Shown here one piece after another: positions 40,169 through 50,229 of a DNA stretch of 64,000 nt. Origin of the DNA: a virus; IMG/VR virus record IMGVR_UViG_3300006738_000004, positions 1 through 64,000 of that record; one strand, 5' to 3'. Position numbers and translations under genes: made by a program. Numbering within the stretch: the stretch's first letter is position 1; every line of letters starts with the position of its first letter. The notes under the pieces are model-generated. The model made no database searches. It was given only the letters and a program-made list of their open reading frames with translations, and was not told where the DNA came from.

Positions 40169-40741
40169 ATGTCTGTCGTTCGTAAACTTCTCGGTACTAT
40201 TGAAGACCGGTTCTGGCTCTTCCAGGACTCCACCGCAAACCTTCTTGGCGTCTACGCCGTGAACCCCGACGGCGATCACATCGAGTTCAGGGATGCCAAC
40301 AACGTCTTCATTCGGCTGTCGGGCGCTGATGGCGTCGATCCTGAAGACTACGCCACCATGAACCAGATTGGCGGCGGTGGCGGTGGCGGTTCGGCCTTGG
40401 AGTGGATCAGTGTCCCTATCGCCTTTGGTGATGTGGGAGGGACGCCACCCGTAAGCATCGCAACGGTCCCTGATGGCGCAATGGTCCTCGATGTCCGCGT
40501 CAATGTTACTGCTGCTTGGGATGTTGATTCGACCGTCACAGCGGAGCTTACCGGGCAGACACCCTTCCTCGCTGCCTCCGACAGCCAGTTGGACGACATC
40601 CCAAGGGATTACTTGTTGTCTCTCGTCAGTGCGAACGGTACCGGTGGGCCTCTCACCATCACTTGCACCGTGGCTTCGGGAGGGACCCCGACTACTGGTG
40701 CTGGCACTGTCCTTGTTGGCTACGCGACTCCCGCCCTCTGA
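40169..40741 (+). CDS. Small virion appendage/decoration protein with jelly-roll-like domain (190 aa)
   Basis: SD AAGGAG; poly-Gly linker then VPDGAMVLDVRVNVTAAW...GAGTVLVGY. Confidence 0.6.
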   Translation: MSVVRKLLGTIEDRFWLFQDSTANLLGVYAVNPDGDHIEFRDANNVFIRLSGADGVDPEDYATMNQIGGGGGGGSALEWISVPIAFGDVGGTPPVSIATVPDGAMVLDVRVNVTAAWDVDSTVTAELTGQTPFLAASDSQLDDIPRDYLLSLVSANGTGGPLTITCTVASGGTPTTGAGTVLVGYATPAL

Positions 40742-40786
40742 TTCGGGACCGCTTTTCCCATAACGGGGTGATCCAATGAGGTGACC

Positions 40787-40873
40787 ATGAACGCACTATT
40801 TTCAGAATCCGGGACCTTTCCTGATTCCGTAGTGCGCTCATGGCCCTCGTGGTTCGCCGCTGAGGTGCCTTGA
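40787..40873 (+). CDS. Possible 28-aa micro-ORF (MNALFSESGTFPDSVVRSWPSWFAAEVP)
   Basis: SD GAGGTG; its TGA overlaps the ATG of the next gene (TGATG). Confidence 0.35.
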   Translation: MNALFSESGTFPDSVVRSWPSWFAAEVP

Positions 40874-43695
40874 TGGCTGTCGCAATCATCGAGGCAACAA
40901 TCACCCGACCTTCGGGTGGCCCCCCAGGTCCGTTTACCGGGGTTAGTAGCGACGACATCTGGGTAAACGACACCGTTGCGTGTCACTCGGCGTCCACGGG
41001 CACGACCCCTTCGACCACTTATGCGTGGTCCATCGCCTACCAGCCTGACGGGTCCACGGCCTCGTTCAGCGGGGACGTTACGACTGACCATCCGGGTGAT
41101 TTCCTCGTCACCCACGGCGGCCCGTATCTGGTTCGGCTTGTCCTGGATGCAGGACTCCCGACGGAGAACGAGCAGTTCATCCGGCTTCGGGTCAAGGTCA
41201 CTCTTGATTCAGAGAGCCTGTTGCTGGTGGCAGCAGGAGAGCAATACGGTGGCGCTGCTACACCCATCCCGGTAGACATCGACCCGATTGGATGGACGAA
41301 CGAGCAGAACAACAACCTGCTCGCACTCCTCGAACTCATCAAGCCTTCCTATGCGGCGGGCAACGTCGTGTATGTCGATGCCAATGGGGGCGGCGACTAC
41401 TCCACTATCCAGGCAGCTATCAACTACGCGGTGGGCGAAGGGCCTACGGCAGTGGCTCCGTGGATTGTTCTCGTCCGTCCCGCTACTTACGACGAGAGCC
41501 TGATCTTCCAGCCTCATGTCCATGTCTATGGCTGGCCCGGTTCCGACCGGATGTGGTCCCCCTCGAACGGAAACCTTGTTCGGATACGAAACACCAACGC
41601 TTCGGGAAGCGTGCTCGCAACGACGGCAAGCACGCAACGCATCTCGATTGCCAACCTCCACTTCCTTCAACAGCACACCGACACGTTCCCTGCTCTGAAT
41701 GTCCAAGGGGCAGGTGGCCTTTCTGCGTACCGCTGCCTGTTTGATGTCCAGGGAGTTGCTGCCGTACAGGGGCCTGGGCTTCTCAGTGAGGGGGGTGGCT
41801 TCACTGAGCTTATCGAGTGCTCCTTGCGCCTCAACACCGCTGCGGGGAATGGAAGAGCGAGCGTTATCGCTAACTCCAGCTTGGTCACCCTCGACCAGTG
41901 CCTTGTCCAAGGACCCTCTGGGGCGATTCTTTCAGGGGCGAACAGTGTCCTGACACTCCGTGACACCCAGATGGTGCTGAGCGGGGACTTCGGCGTCCAG
42001 ATCGAGGAGGTGGGCCAAGCGGACCTCTTCTACACGCAGATCGAAGGGGCTACGGAGTCCATCGTCGTGAATGACGCTGGGACAGGAGGGGGTGACCCTG
42101 CAACGGTCACTGCTCGATGGTCACGCCTGGACGCGGGGGTGCGCTTCCGCACCTTGAACATCACCTCCAATACGACTTTCACGCTGGGGTCCACAGAACA
42201 TGGAGCCATCACCTTCCCAGACGGTGCCCCTACGTTCTTTGCGGCAACCACCCCTTCTGACAGCATCCTCTACGACCCCAACCTCGCACCGACCGCTCCT
42301 GACATCACCGCCACGAATGTCCAAGATGCCCTGGACCAAATCTTCACCTACGCCAGTCAGGTCAGGACACTGGACGATGCCTACGACGGCGGCCTGGGAG
42401 CAGGAGGTGTTGGGCGCACCATCACTGCGGATGCCGGGGCTGTTCAAATCACGGACGCTCCTGCGCCGTCACTCATTCCTCCTCCCAACAACCCTCAGGG
42501 CAAGCTCCAGGTGGTTGGCGCGGTGGAAATCGGAGGCGTGGACAAGCCCGAGATAGACCTCGACCCCAATGCTTTCGGAGTAGGCGCAGACATTTCCCTT
42601 GGCTGGCAGATTTGGCCGGATCAGGCGCTTTACGGGTCCACGGCCTTCCTACGCGGATCTTCCATTGGTGACCCTCACTGGAGGAACTACAACCTCTACC
42701 TGGGTACCAGCCCTTCTGACGGTGGTGGTCTTGGCGTTGCTCAGGGCCGCATCGGGAAGGTGGTGGTCGCTGGTGGGCAGGGCCTGGAACGAGGCAAGGT
42801 CGCCGCGCCTCACGCTGGTGATGTCTATGTGCTCGGTGGGGATACTTCGGAGCCTGTTGAAGTCACTGATGGCGGTTCGATCTTCCTTGGCCCAGGCGGC
42901 TCCATCACAGGAACTCCTGGATCTATCTTTTTGGGGCGGCCTGAATCAGCAACCGCAGCAACTCTTACAGCATTCCAGGCAGCCACTGACCCCTTGACCG
43001 TCAATGGGGAGTTCACGTTTGGCACTGAAGCAGGCGGCATCACGGTTACTTTTGTAGGCGGGGACACCCTCGGGGCGGTCCTTGGCAAGTTCAACTCCAC
43101 AGGTCGTGTTGTAGCTACTGAAGCAGCCGGGGTCATTACCCTCACCACGACATCAAAGGGTCCCATCACGGACCTCTTCTGGATTAGCTCCGATGGCGGC
43201 AGTGGTGCGGGCATCGACTTGGAACTGGGTAGGTTCTCAACCGAGAGTGCCGTTGGTGGTGCCTGGGTTGACCATATGGAAATCCGGGTCACGGACCACA
43301 ACGAGATCACTTTCGGGCCGCTCCCTGGTCCCGCCATAGGCCCGATGATCTACAACGCGGATACCGGGAAGCTCACTGTTCCGGGACTTATCGACCCCAC
43401 AGGCATCGTTTTTGACGATGCCCCCATCCCGCCCACAGGTGGGGCAAAAGGGGCGATTTTTGTCGCGGACGGCCTCAATCCTCTCGCTCCCATCAGAAAC
43501 AACCCCTATTACGTTGATGAGAACCAGATCGTTACCGATCTTTTAGGGGGTGGTCCCGGTGGTTTGCCTGTTCCCGATGATGAGGGACAGATCCTTTACG
43601 CCGCTACGTCAGCAGCATTCATCAAAGCGACTCCCGTAGTCGATGCCGATGGGTATTTATTGACCAATAGCGACGGGCACATGGTGGTGACATGA
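40873..43695 (+). CDS. Fibre/spike protein with pectin-lyase-like right-handed beta-helix (940 aa)
   Basis: VYVDANGGGDYSTIQAAINYA...VLVRPATYDESL is the N-cap of parallel beta-helices; ATNVQDALDQI fibre motif. Confidence 0.7.
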   Translation: MAVAIIEATITRPSGGPPGPFTGVSSDDIWVNDTVACHSASTGTTPSTTYAWSIAYQPDGSTASFSGDVTTDHPGDFLVTHGGPYLVRLVLDAGLPTENEQFIRLRVKVTLDSESLLLVAAGEQYGGAATPIPVDIDPIGWTNEQNNNLLALLELIKPSYAAGNVVYVDANGGGDYSTIQAAINYAVGEGPTAVAPWIVLVRPATYDESLIFQPHVHVYGWPGSDRMWSPSNGNLVRIRNTNASGSVLATTASTQRISIANLHFLQQHTDTFPALNVQGAGGLSAYRCLFDVQGVAAVQGPGLLSEGGGFTELIECSLRLNTAAGNGRASVIANSSLVTLDQCLVQGPSGAILSGANSVLTLRDTQMVLSGDFGVQIEEVGQADLFYTQIEGATESIVVNDAGTGGGDPATVTARWSRLDAGVRFRTLNITSNTTFTLGSTEHGAITFPDGAPTFFAATTPSDSILYDPNLAPTAPDITATNVQDALDQIFTYASQVRTLDDAYDGGLGAGGVGRTITADAGAVQITDAPAPSLIPPPNNPQGKLQVVGAVEIGGVDKPEIDLDPNAFGVGADISLGWQIWPDQALYGSTAFLRGSSIGDPHWRNYNLYLGTSPSDGGGLGVAQGRIGKVVVAGGQGLERGKVAAPHAGDVYVLGGDTSEPVEVTDGGSIFLGPGGSITGTPGSIFLGRPESATAATLTAFQAATDPLTVNGEFTFGTEAGGITVTFVGGDTLGAVLGKFNSTGRVVATEAAGVITLTTTSKGPITDLFWISSDGGSGAGIDLELGRFSTESAVGGAWVDHMEIRVTDHNEITFGPLPGPAIGPMIYNADTGKLTVPGLIDPTGIVFDDAPIPPTGGAKGAIFVADGLNPLAPIRNNPYYVDENQIVTDLLGGGPGGLPVPDDEGQILYAATSAAFIKATPVVDADGYLLTNSDGHMVVT

Positions 43696-46600
43696 GCGCA
43701 TTTCACGGCGAACAAACTTCAGCACAAGGCATCCACACCCTGACGGCGTGGGAGCATGTTGACATAGCGGCTCGAAACGCCGGGACCTACGCCGCAGGCG
43801 ATGTAGGAAAGGTCTCGCGGGTTGGCACGGGCGTTGGCCCCTTCACCTTCTACATCTTGAAGGATGCCGGTGGCCCCATCACTGATGCGAACTGGGATGA
43901 CGTAGGCACCAGCACTGGAAGCACGGTGGCCCCCCTCACGGGACGCCTCTATGTAGACAGGACTTATGCTGGCCCCGCAGCTTCTGACGGATCGATTGCC
44001 GCTCCTTTCACCACCATCCAGGACGCTGTCAATGCGTGCAACCTGGGAGGCGCAGCTACCCCTGCGGAAGAAGAAGCGCAGTCGTGGCTTGTCGTTATCG
44101 CAGGCGGCTACTACGACGAAGCTCTCGCCCTCCCGGAGAAGCGGTCGATCTGGCTGAAAGGTGGTGCGGGCGTCTACCTTTCAGACGGCATCTCAAATCA
44201 ACCCGTCACCATTCCTGGTACGGTTCTCCCTTCCTCGAACGCGCCCTACACCTACACGTTCGAGAACATCATCTTTTCGGACACGGTAACGGTCACCTCT
44301 GGGGTTGCTCTTACCTACCACCTTTCGTTCCGTAGTTGCGTCTTCTTTGATCCTGCGGGAACTGCCGTTGGACCTGCGGTGGACGGCACAGGATGGGCCG
44401 GAGGCAGTGCCCTTCGCGTTTACGCGGAGAAGTCGGTTCTTCGCGCCTTTGACGGAAACTACGCCATTCAGTTGGTCGGGGACACCCAGAATACTGCCGT
44501 TGGAATGGACGAGTGCCAGCTTGAGGGCGGCATTACTTGCGCTGGATATGGGCGCATGAGGTCGTGTCAGTTCGGAAACGGGCCGTCTGGGACATGCGAC
44601 TTCGACTTCAACGCAGCGGGTATCGGGCTGACCGCAGTCACTCTTTCCAATGTTGAGCGGCCTGTTGGAGTCTTTGACTCGCAGTTTGCGGGGTCCACCC
44701 AGTTCAACGATGCCTCGGCAAACCCTAACACCAACCTCTATGTAGACAACGTCTCTGACAAGTCTTTCAGCGATGCCGGTGGCACTTTCGGTGCCAACAC
44801 CAATGCTACCCACCCCCTCTGGAATGCTTCAGCAGGAGGACCTCCCACTGGAGCAGCAGGTGGGGACCTGGGCAGTAACTACCCCAATCCGGCAGTCACG
44901 GCTGTGCATAGCGGGGCCAACCAACTCGCCATCGCCAATGGTTTGGCTGGTGATGAAGTCTTGGTTGTCAATGGTGCAGGTACGTCCATTACAGGATCTG
45001 CGCTCACAAACTTCGGAGACTTGTCCGGCCCAGCAGGGGCTGCGGATACAGCCCTGGCTGTCTTTGATAGCACTACGGGCAAGCTCATCAAGGATGTAGC
45101 GACTACCACCCTTGAGGACACCACAGGTCCAAAGTTGAAGCTCGCTGCGGCTGCGACAGCGGGGCACAACGCACAAATCATCCTGGATGCCGGAACCCTC
45201 GCGGATAAGTCTCAAATCACTCTGTTGCGTGGCGGTGTGACCGATTGGGTGTTCGGCGTGACCGCCTCTGACGAGTTCCACTGGGCAGACGCTTCCGGCA
45301 CTGTAAGGCTGAAGCTGGACCAGACCGGGGCCTTGACGTTCAACGAGGCGTACACCTTCCCCACAACAGACGGTGGGGTCGCTGGCGAGGTTCTGACCAC
45401 AGATGGTGGTGGAACAGTCACTTGGGCTGCCCCTGCTGGAGGCGGCACGGTCACCTCAACCGCAGCGACCACAGTGGCAACACAGCTTGCCTTGATGACC
45501 ACGGACACCAACATCTATAACGCCCCTGAAGCCACCCTTGTAGGCGGGGATTTCGCTCTTGATGCGTCTTCGCTCGGGGTGGGCCATACGGCATCTCTCA
45601 CGCTGAAGTCTGGCCACTCCACCGATCCCTCCATCCTTATGTTTGAGGATGCGTCTACTGCCCGGTGGGCGGTAGAGACCATCAATCCTGCCACGTCAGG
45701 CAATCTTCGATTCAAAGAACTGGGCACTAACCTCACTGTTATGTCTGTTTCGACCACGGGTGCCCTTACCCTTGGAGACCATGCAGGCGGGCATGAGTTC
45801 ACCCTCCCCGATGCTGACGGAACTATAAATCAAGTTCTCCAGACTAATGGTGCAGGTGCCGTTTCTTGGGGTTCTGTCGCCGGTGGTGGAACAGTCACCT
45901 CCTCAGCGGCGGGGACAACGGCAACTCAGCTTGCCGTGATGGCGTCCGACACGGACATCTACAACGCCCCGGAAGTCACCCTTGTGGAAGCGGGGCTTGC
46001 CCTTGATGCGTCCGCGCTGGGCGTGAACCATGACGCTTCCGTAACCCTGGCATCCGGGACCACTGCTGACGATGCAGTCATCAACTTCAAGCAGGCGAGT
46101 ACTGCCAAGTTCACTGTGGGAATCACTGATGTAGCCACCACCCCAGTCGGGGAGCTTCTGTTCTGGAGCGGGGTTGGAACGCAGTTGATGTCGCTGTCTG
46201 ATACCGCTCACCTGACGATTGCCCCAGGGGTCAACCAGTACACCCTTCCCTCTGCCCGTGGAGCAGCCCTCGAAGTTCTCCAGACTGACGCCGTGGGAAA
46301 TGTGTCCTGGGCAGCCGTGGCTGGAACTGGGGACGTATCAGGTCCAGGTGCGGCAGTTGTAGATGATGCCCTGGTTCGCTGGGACACCACTACCGGGACT
46401 TTGGTCAAGGACAGTTACGCCGTCTTGACGGATGCCCAGCTTACTCTGACTGGCGTTGCTGCCGCAGACGCCGCATCACTGACCCTTACGGCTGGAACCA
46501 CGGCAGACGCCACCCTGAACATAGACGCAGGGTCTGCCACAAACCGTGGAACGATTGCCTTCAAGCAGGCAGGCACCGACGTGATGAGCCTCGGCGTGGC

Positions 46601-47933
46601 AGCCAGTGCCACGTCGCTTGGCCTCTTGGACTCTGGGTCGGTTCAGAGGTTCGCCTTCAGCCAAACGGGTGTTCTCACGATCAACCCCGCAGCCGCCGAT
46701 TTCTTCGCCTTCCCCAGTGGCGATGGTGCTGCATCCCAAGTTCTCCAGACTGATGGTGCAGGTGCTGTCACTTGGGCCACGATTGCTGGAACCGGGGATG
46801 TTGTAGGCCCTGCGGGCGCTACAGACACGGCCTTGGCCCGTTTTGATACCAATACCGGCAAGTTGCTTCAGAACAGCGAGGCCACTCTCACCGACCTTGC
46901 CACTGACAACAAGGTGGTCTTGACCTTGGATGGTGGCGGTGCGGGAGACGCTGGCTTGACTCTCACTACGGGGGCCACACCGGGGCACGACGCTACTGTT
47001 ACTTTGGATCACGGTGGGGCCGCAGCCGATACAGCACTCCTCAAGTTCCAGAGCAACAGCACTCTCTTGTGCCAACTCGGCCTCCTTGGAGACGGCGTTA
47101 CCGCTCTTCCTGGAATCACACTCCAGGACGACGCAGGCAACACCAACCTGACAGTCACCTATGAGGCAGGTGCTCCCGTAGCAGGCTTGCACACCACGGT
47201 GGCGACGGTTGATGCGTCCGGGTATGTCGGTGGCAGCATCGCCTCACTTGTCGTGGACGGCGGCCCGGCGGGTGGTCCGGGCTTGGAGACGCACGCTACC
47301 TTGGAGTTCAAGCAAGCAGGGGTAGCAGGCTTCCACTTCTTGAGCCGCATGGGCGGGATGCACACGACCCCCACGCTCATGCTCAGGAGCGGGTTTGGCG
47401 ACGACGTACTACAACTGGATGCGACCGCAGCGGGTGCGCCTACCATCTGCATCAACGGGTCTGACCTTGGGGGTGACCATTGGTTCCTTCCTACGGTGGA
47501 TGGAACTGCCGGACAGGTTCTGACCACAGACGGCACCCACAATGCTGGGGGTGCCGCTTGGGCAACCCCGGCAGGCTCCAACGTCGAAATCCTGAAGGCT
47601 GATTTCTCCTACGCTGATCATGGAGGGACAGTCACAGTCATCCCTGACCTTGCGGAAGGGGATGTCGTTCTTCAGGTCTGGGTACGGTACACCATTGCTT
47701 TCAACAACGGAGTTGACCAAGTCGAAGTCGGGAACACCGGCTCGGTAGATGCGTACTTCGGGATGTCCGACACTGCCCCACACCACACCGCCTCAGGTTT
47801 CAGTACGGAGCCTGTGGACTTGGTGACGGTAGGTCCTTCCCCCGCCGATGTGATCGTTACCATCACCCCAGGCATTGGACTACCATCAACAACCGGTACT
47901 GGTTTCGTTTGTGTCCTGGTCCACAGAGCGTAG
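43692..47933 (+). CDS. Long repetitive tail/head fibre protein (1413 aa)
   Basis: DGSIAAPFTTIQDAV beta-helix cap; five (L/F)P-x3-G-x2-3-(Q/E)VL(T/Q)T(D/N)...W repeats; three GD(L/V)xGP...TG(K/T)L repeats; C-terminal jelly-roll-like domain. Confidence 0.75.
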   Translation: MSAFHGEQTSAQGIHTLTAWEHVDIAARNAGTYAAGDVGKVSRVGTGVGPFTFYILKDAGGPITDANWDDVGTSTGSTVAPLTGRLYVDRTYAGPAASDGSIAAPFTTIQDAVNACNLGGAATPAEEEAQSWLVVIAGGYYDEALALPEKRSIWLKGGAGVYLSDGISNQPVTIPGTVLPSSNAPYTYTFENIIFSDTVTVTSGVALTYHLSFRSCVFFDPAGTAVGPAVDGTGWAGGSALRVYAEKSVLRAFDGNYAIQLVGDTQNTAVGMDECQLEGGITCAGYGRMRSCQFGNGPSGTCDFDFNAAGIGLTAVTLSNVERPVGVFDSQFAGSTQFNDASANPNTNLYVDNVSDKSFSDAGGTFGANTNATHPLWNASAGGPPTGAAGGDLGSNYPNPAVTAVHSGANQLAIANGLAGDEVLVVNGAGTSITGSALTNFGDLSGPAGAADTALAVFDSTTGKLIKDVATTTLEDTTGPKLKLAAAATAGHNAQIILDAGTLADKSQITLLRGGVTDWVFGVTASDEFHWADASGTVRLKLDQTGALTFNEAYTFPTTDGGVAGEVLTTDGGGTVTWAAPAGGGTVTSTAATTVATQLALMTTDTNIYNAPEATLVGGDFALDASSLGVGHTASLTLKSGHSTDPSILMFEDASTARWAVETINPATSGNLRFKELGTNLTVMSVSTTGALTLGDHAGGHEFTLPDADGTINQVLQTNGAGAVSWGSVAGGGTVTSSAAGTTATQLAVMASDTDIYNAPEVTLVEAGLALDASALGVNHDASVTLASGTTADDAVINFKQASTAKFTVGITDVATTPVGELLFWSGVGTQLMSLSDTAHLTIAPGVNQYTLPSARGAALEVLQTDAVGNVSWAAVAGTGDVSGPGAAVVDDALVRWDTTTGTLVKDSYAVLTDAQLTLTGVAAADAASLTLTAGTTADATLNIDAGSATNRGTIAFKQAGTDVMSLGVAASATSLGLLDSGSVQRFAFSQTGVLTINPAAADFFAFPSGDGAASQVLQTDGAGAVTWATIAGTGDVVGPAGATDTALARFDTNTGKLLQNSEATLTDLATDNKVVLTLDGGGAGDAGLTLTTGATPGHDATVTLDHGGAAADTALLKFQSNSTLLCQLGLLGDGVTALPGITLQDDAGNTNLTVTYEAGAPVAGLHTTVATVDASGYVGGSIASLVVDGGPAGGPGLETHATLEFKQAGVAGFHFLSRMGGMHTTPTLMLRSGFGDDVLQLDATAAGAPTICINGSDLGGDHWFLPTVDGTAGQVLTTDGTHNAGGAAWATPAGSNVEILKADFSYADHGGTVTVIPDLAEGDVVLQVWVRYTIAFNNGVDQVEVGNTGSVDAYFGMSDTAPHHTASGFSTEPVDLVTVGPSPADVIVTITPGIGLPSTTGTGFVCVLVHRA

Positions 47934-47941
47934 AGGTAGTC

Positions 47942-48634
47942 ATGGCATACAAAAAGATTGATGGCATCATCGACACCAAGCTCAAGGTGATGAAGACCAC
48001 GGGTCTTAGCGGTGATGTTTGGGCCGACGATGGCAACTATTTCCAAAATGATGAGACCGGAGGCTTCTCCGTTAGGACGGGCGCAGCCAATGCCTTGCAG
48101 GTTCTGCAAGTTGCAGACCCTGCCGCTACTACGGACTCAGCCACCAAGGACTATGTGGACACCAACGCTGGCTCGGTGGCTACCACTGAGCAGGTTGTCA
48201 CCATCGAGTTCGACTACAATGATTTCAATGCCCAGGTGCCATTTTCTACGACGGGGTTCCAATACGCGGTGATGCAAGCAACCTTCACGCTTCCAGACGG
48301 GGCTTATGTCACTGGTTGTGGGGTTTGGATTGATCCAACCAGTCCGTGGTCCAACACGGCTGAGTGCATTGTCGGTGATGCCACTACCCCGGTTCCTGCT
48401 GGGCCTCCCCCGGCCCAGGCAGGGAACGTCATGCCGGACAGGTGGATGCTCAAGACCAACAACAATGCTTCTGCGGGAGGAAAGGTCTTCTGGCAGCCTA
48501 ACTGGGACCTTCTCAACGACAATGTAGCCAAGACCATCTTCGTGTGTATCGGTGAGACCCAGGTCGCTGATCCAGGGATCACGGTCGGCAAATGTCAGGT
48601 CTTTCTCAAGTACGTCGAAGCTCCGAGGACATAA
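47942..48634 (+). CDS. Virion appendage protein with jelly-roll-like domain (230 aa)
   Basis: SD GAGGT, ATG 47942; VADPAATTDSATKDYVD fibre motif; LPDGAYVTGCGVWI. Confidence 0.6.
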   Translation: MAYKKIDGIIDTKLKVMKTTGLSGDVWADDGNYFQNDETGGFSVRTGAANALQVLQVADPAATTDSATKDYVDTNAGSVATTEQVVTIEFDYNDFNAQVPFSTTGFQYAVMQATFTLPDGAYVTGCGVWIDPTSPWSNTAECIVGDATTPVPAGPPPAQAGNVMPDRWMLKTNNNASAGGKVFWQPNWDLLNDNVAKTIFVCIGETQVADPGITVGKCQVFLKYVEAPRT

Positions 48635-48637
48635 CCA

Positions 48638-49444
48638 ATGCCAACTGCAAAAGTCGTAAACGCCATAGAAGAACTCAGAGTCGCTGACCGGATCGTCCTG
48701 AACCATTATCCTAACGGGACCTACGACCCGTTTGAGCTTCTTCAAGATAACAACGGGAATGTTCGTTGCCAGAGAAGGGACACCGAGCACCTCGTACCCA
48801 TCCTCTTTGGGGAGGATTCGGGAGAGGCGGATAGCGGAGTCACTCGGGGCACTTTCGACACCTTGGCAGCCACTGTCACCACACACGGCACCGACATCGG
48901 GGTCAACGCTACTGACATCACCACGAATCAGGGCAACATCACCACGAACACTGGGAACATCACCACGAATAGCACTGACATCGGTGATAACGGCACCGAC
49001 ATCACCACGAACACGGCTGACATCAGTACCCTCAACAGCGCCGTCAGCGCACTGGGTGCCCAGAACGATGCCCAAGTATTGTGGTTGAAGCAGACCAACA
49101 TAGACTTCGCAACGGCTGGCTCGACTCCGATCACCATCGGGCTTCCCACTAACGCGAGGGTGTTTGATGTGAAGTTTGTCTTCGACGGGACTGATGCCCA
49201 AAGGACCCCGCAGACACCGCCTACTCTTACCGTGGAGTTCACCAACGGGGCAGCCGCCACTGTCCTGGACTGGACGAGCGCGGCCATGGTCATGATTCCA
49301 GAATACGTTTTCACTATCCCTCAGTACACAGAGAATGATGGTGGGGCCGGGTCGAACATTCAGGTGACCACAAGCCAAACTACGTTCAACACTCTCCCGG
49401 CGTTTACTATTTTGGTCGGCATCATCAAAGACCCACTTACTTGA
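48638..49444 (+). CDS. Short trimeric coiled-coil fibre with C-terminal jelly-roll-like domain (268 aa)
   Basis: Seven heptads, six with the I-x-x-N pattern; LPTNARVFDVKFVF. Confidence 0.65.
   Translation: MPTAKVVNAIEELRVADRIVLNHYPNGTYDPFELLQDNNGNVRCQRRDTEHLVPILFGEDSGEADSGVTRGTFDTLAATVTTHGTDIGVNATDITTNQGNITTNTGNITTNSTDIGDNGTDITTNTADISTLNSAVSALGAQNDAQVLWLKQTNIDFATAGSTPITIGLPTNARVFDVKFVFDGTDAQRTPQTPPTLTVEFTNGAAATVLDWTSAAMVMIPEYVFTIPQYTENDGGAGSNIQVTTSQTTFNTLPAFTILVGIIKDPLT
48890..49036 (+). repeat. Degenerate 21-bp tandem repeat (7 units) encoding heptads such as TDITTN
   Basis: ACATCACCACGAA recurs in four units at 21-bp periodicity. Confidence 0.85.
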
Positions 49445-49457
49445 TTAGAGGTGACAT

Positions 49458-50210
49458 ATGGGATGCGAATCTCCACAGTTAGACGCGGTCATCATCCGAG
49501 ACACGATTTCTTGGAGGCTTGATCCTTCCGGCGATCCGATGCCAAGCCTCTACCAAATCGAGGGGCAGGGCCAACCTGCGATACACCTCAGTGCTGATGC
49601 GTCTGGGAACCAGCGGTGGCTCATCACGGACAGCAAGGGCCTGAGCGGGAACTCCACCGCAGAGCTTGCACCCGGTGACATTGCCCAGGTTGCGGCAAGG
49701 GATCACTTTTTTTTACTCAACAACGCCACAGCGGCCCAGGAGTTGAAAGACACTCTCCAGTTCGACACCACGAGTACTGGTGCCAAGATGATCGCCAATA
49801 CGTTTACGTCCACGAACACCTGGGCGACCGTCACCATCACCATCCCTTTCTTGTGCGCCTTCGACAACCTGAAGGCCACGCTGCAATCAGGGCAGGGGAT
49901 GTCTTTTGGGAGGGTGTACTTGGGGGTCAAGGACATCGCAAATGCACCTTCGTTTGGTATCAAGCTGATAGATTGCAAGGGGACGGCCCACGCTGGCCCC
50001 ACCATTTCCAACTTCTCGGTGAACGATAAGTTGGAAGCCTTCAACCTTTCGTTCACCGATTTCTTCGGTGCGGGCAACATCTCTACTGCTTCCATGCTGA
50101 AAAGGGAGACGGCCAACATCGTGGTCGAGATCAACATGCCGAGTGCCGAGTTGGTCGCCTACGTTGGAACAGCTTTGGTAGGAACCAATCCACGCGCTCT
50201 TGTGCCCTGA
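49458..50210 (+). CDS. Hypothetical virion protein (250 aa)
   Basis: SD GAGGTG; beta-rich; within the structural operon. Confidence 0.6.
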   Translation: MGCESPQLDAVIIRDTISWRLDPSGDPMPSLYQIEGQGQPAIHLSADASGNQRWLITDSKGLSGNSTAELAPGDIAQVAARDHFFLLNNATAAQELKDTLQFDTTSTGAKMIANTFTSTNTWATVTITIPFLCAFDNLKATLQSGQGMSFGRVYLGVKDIANAPSFGIKLIDCKGTAHAGPTISNFSVNDKLEAFNLSFTDFFGAGNISTASMLKRETANIVVEINMPSAELVAYVGTALVGTNPRALVP

Positions 50211-50229
50211 TACTAAGTAGGGTGACTGA

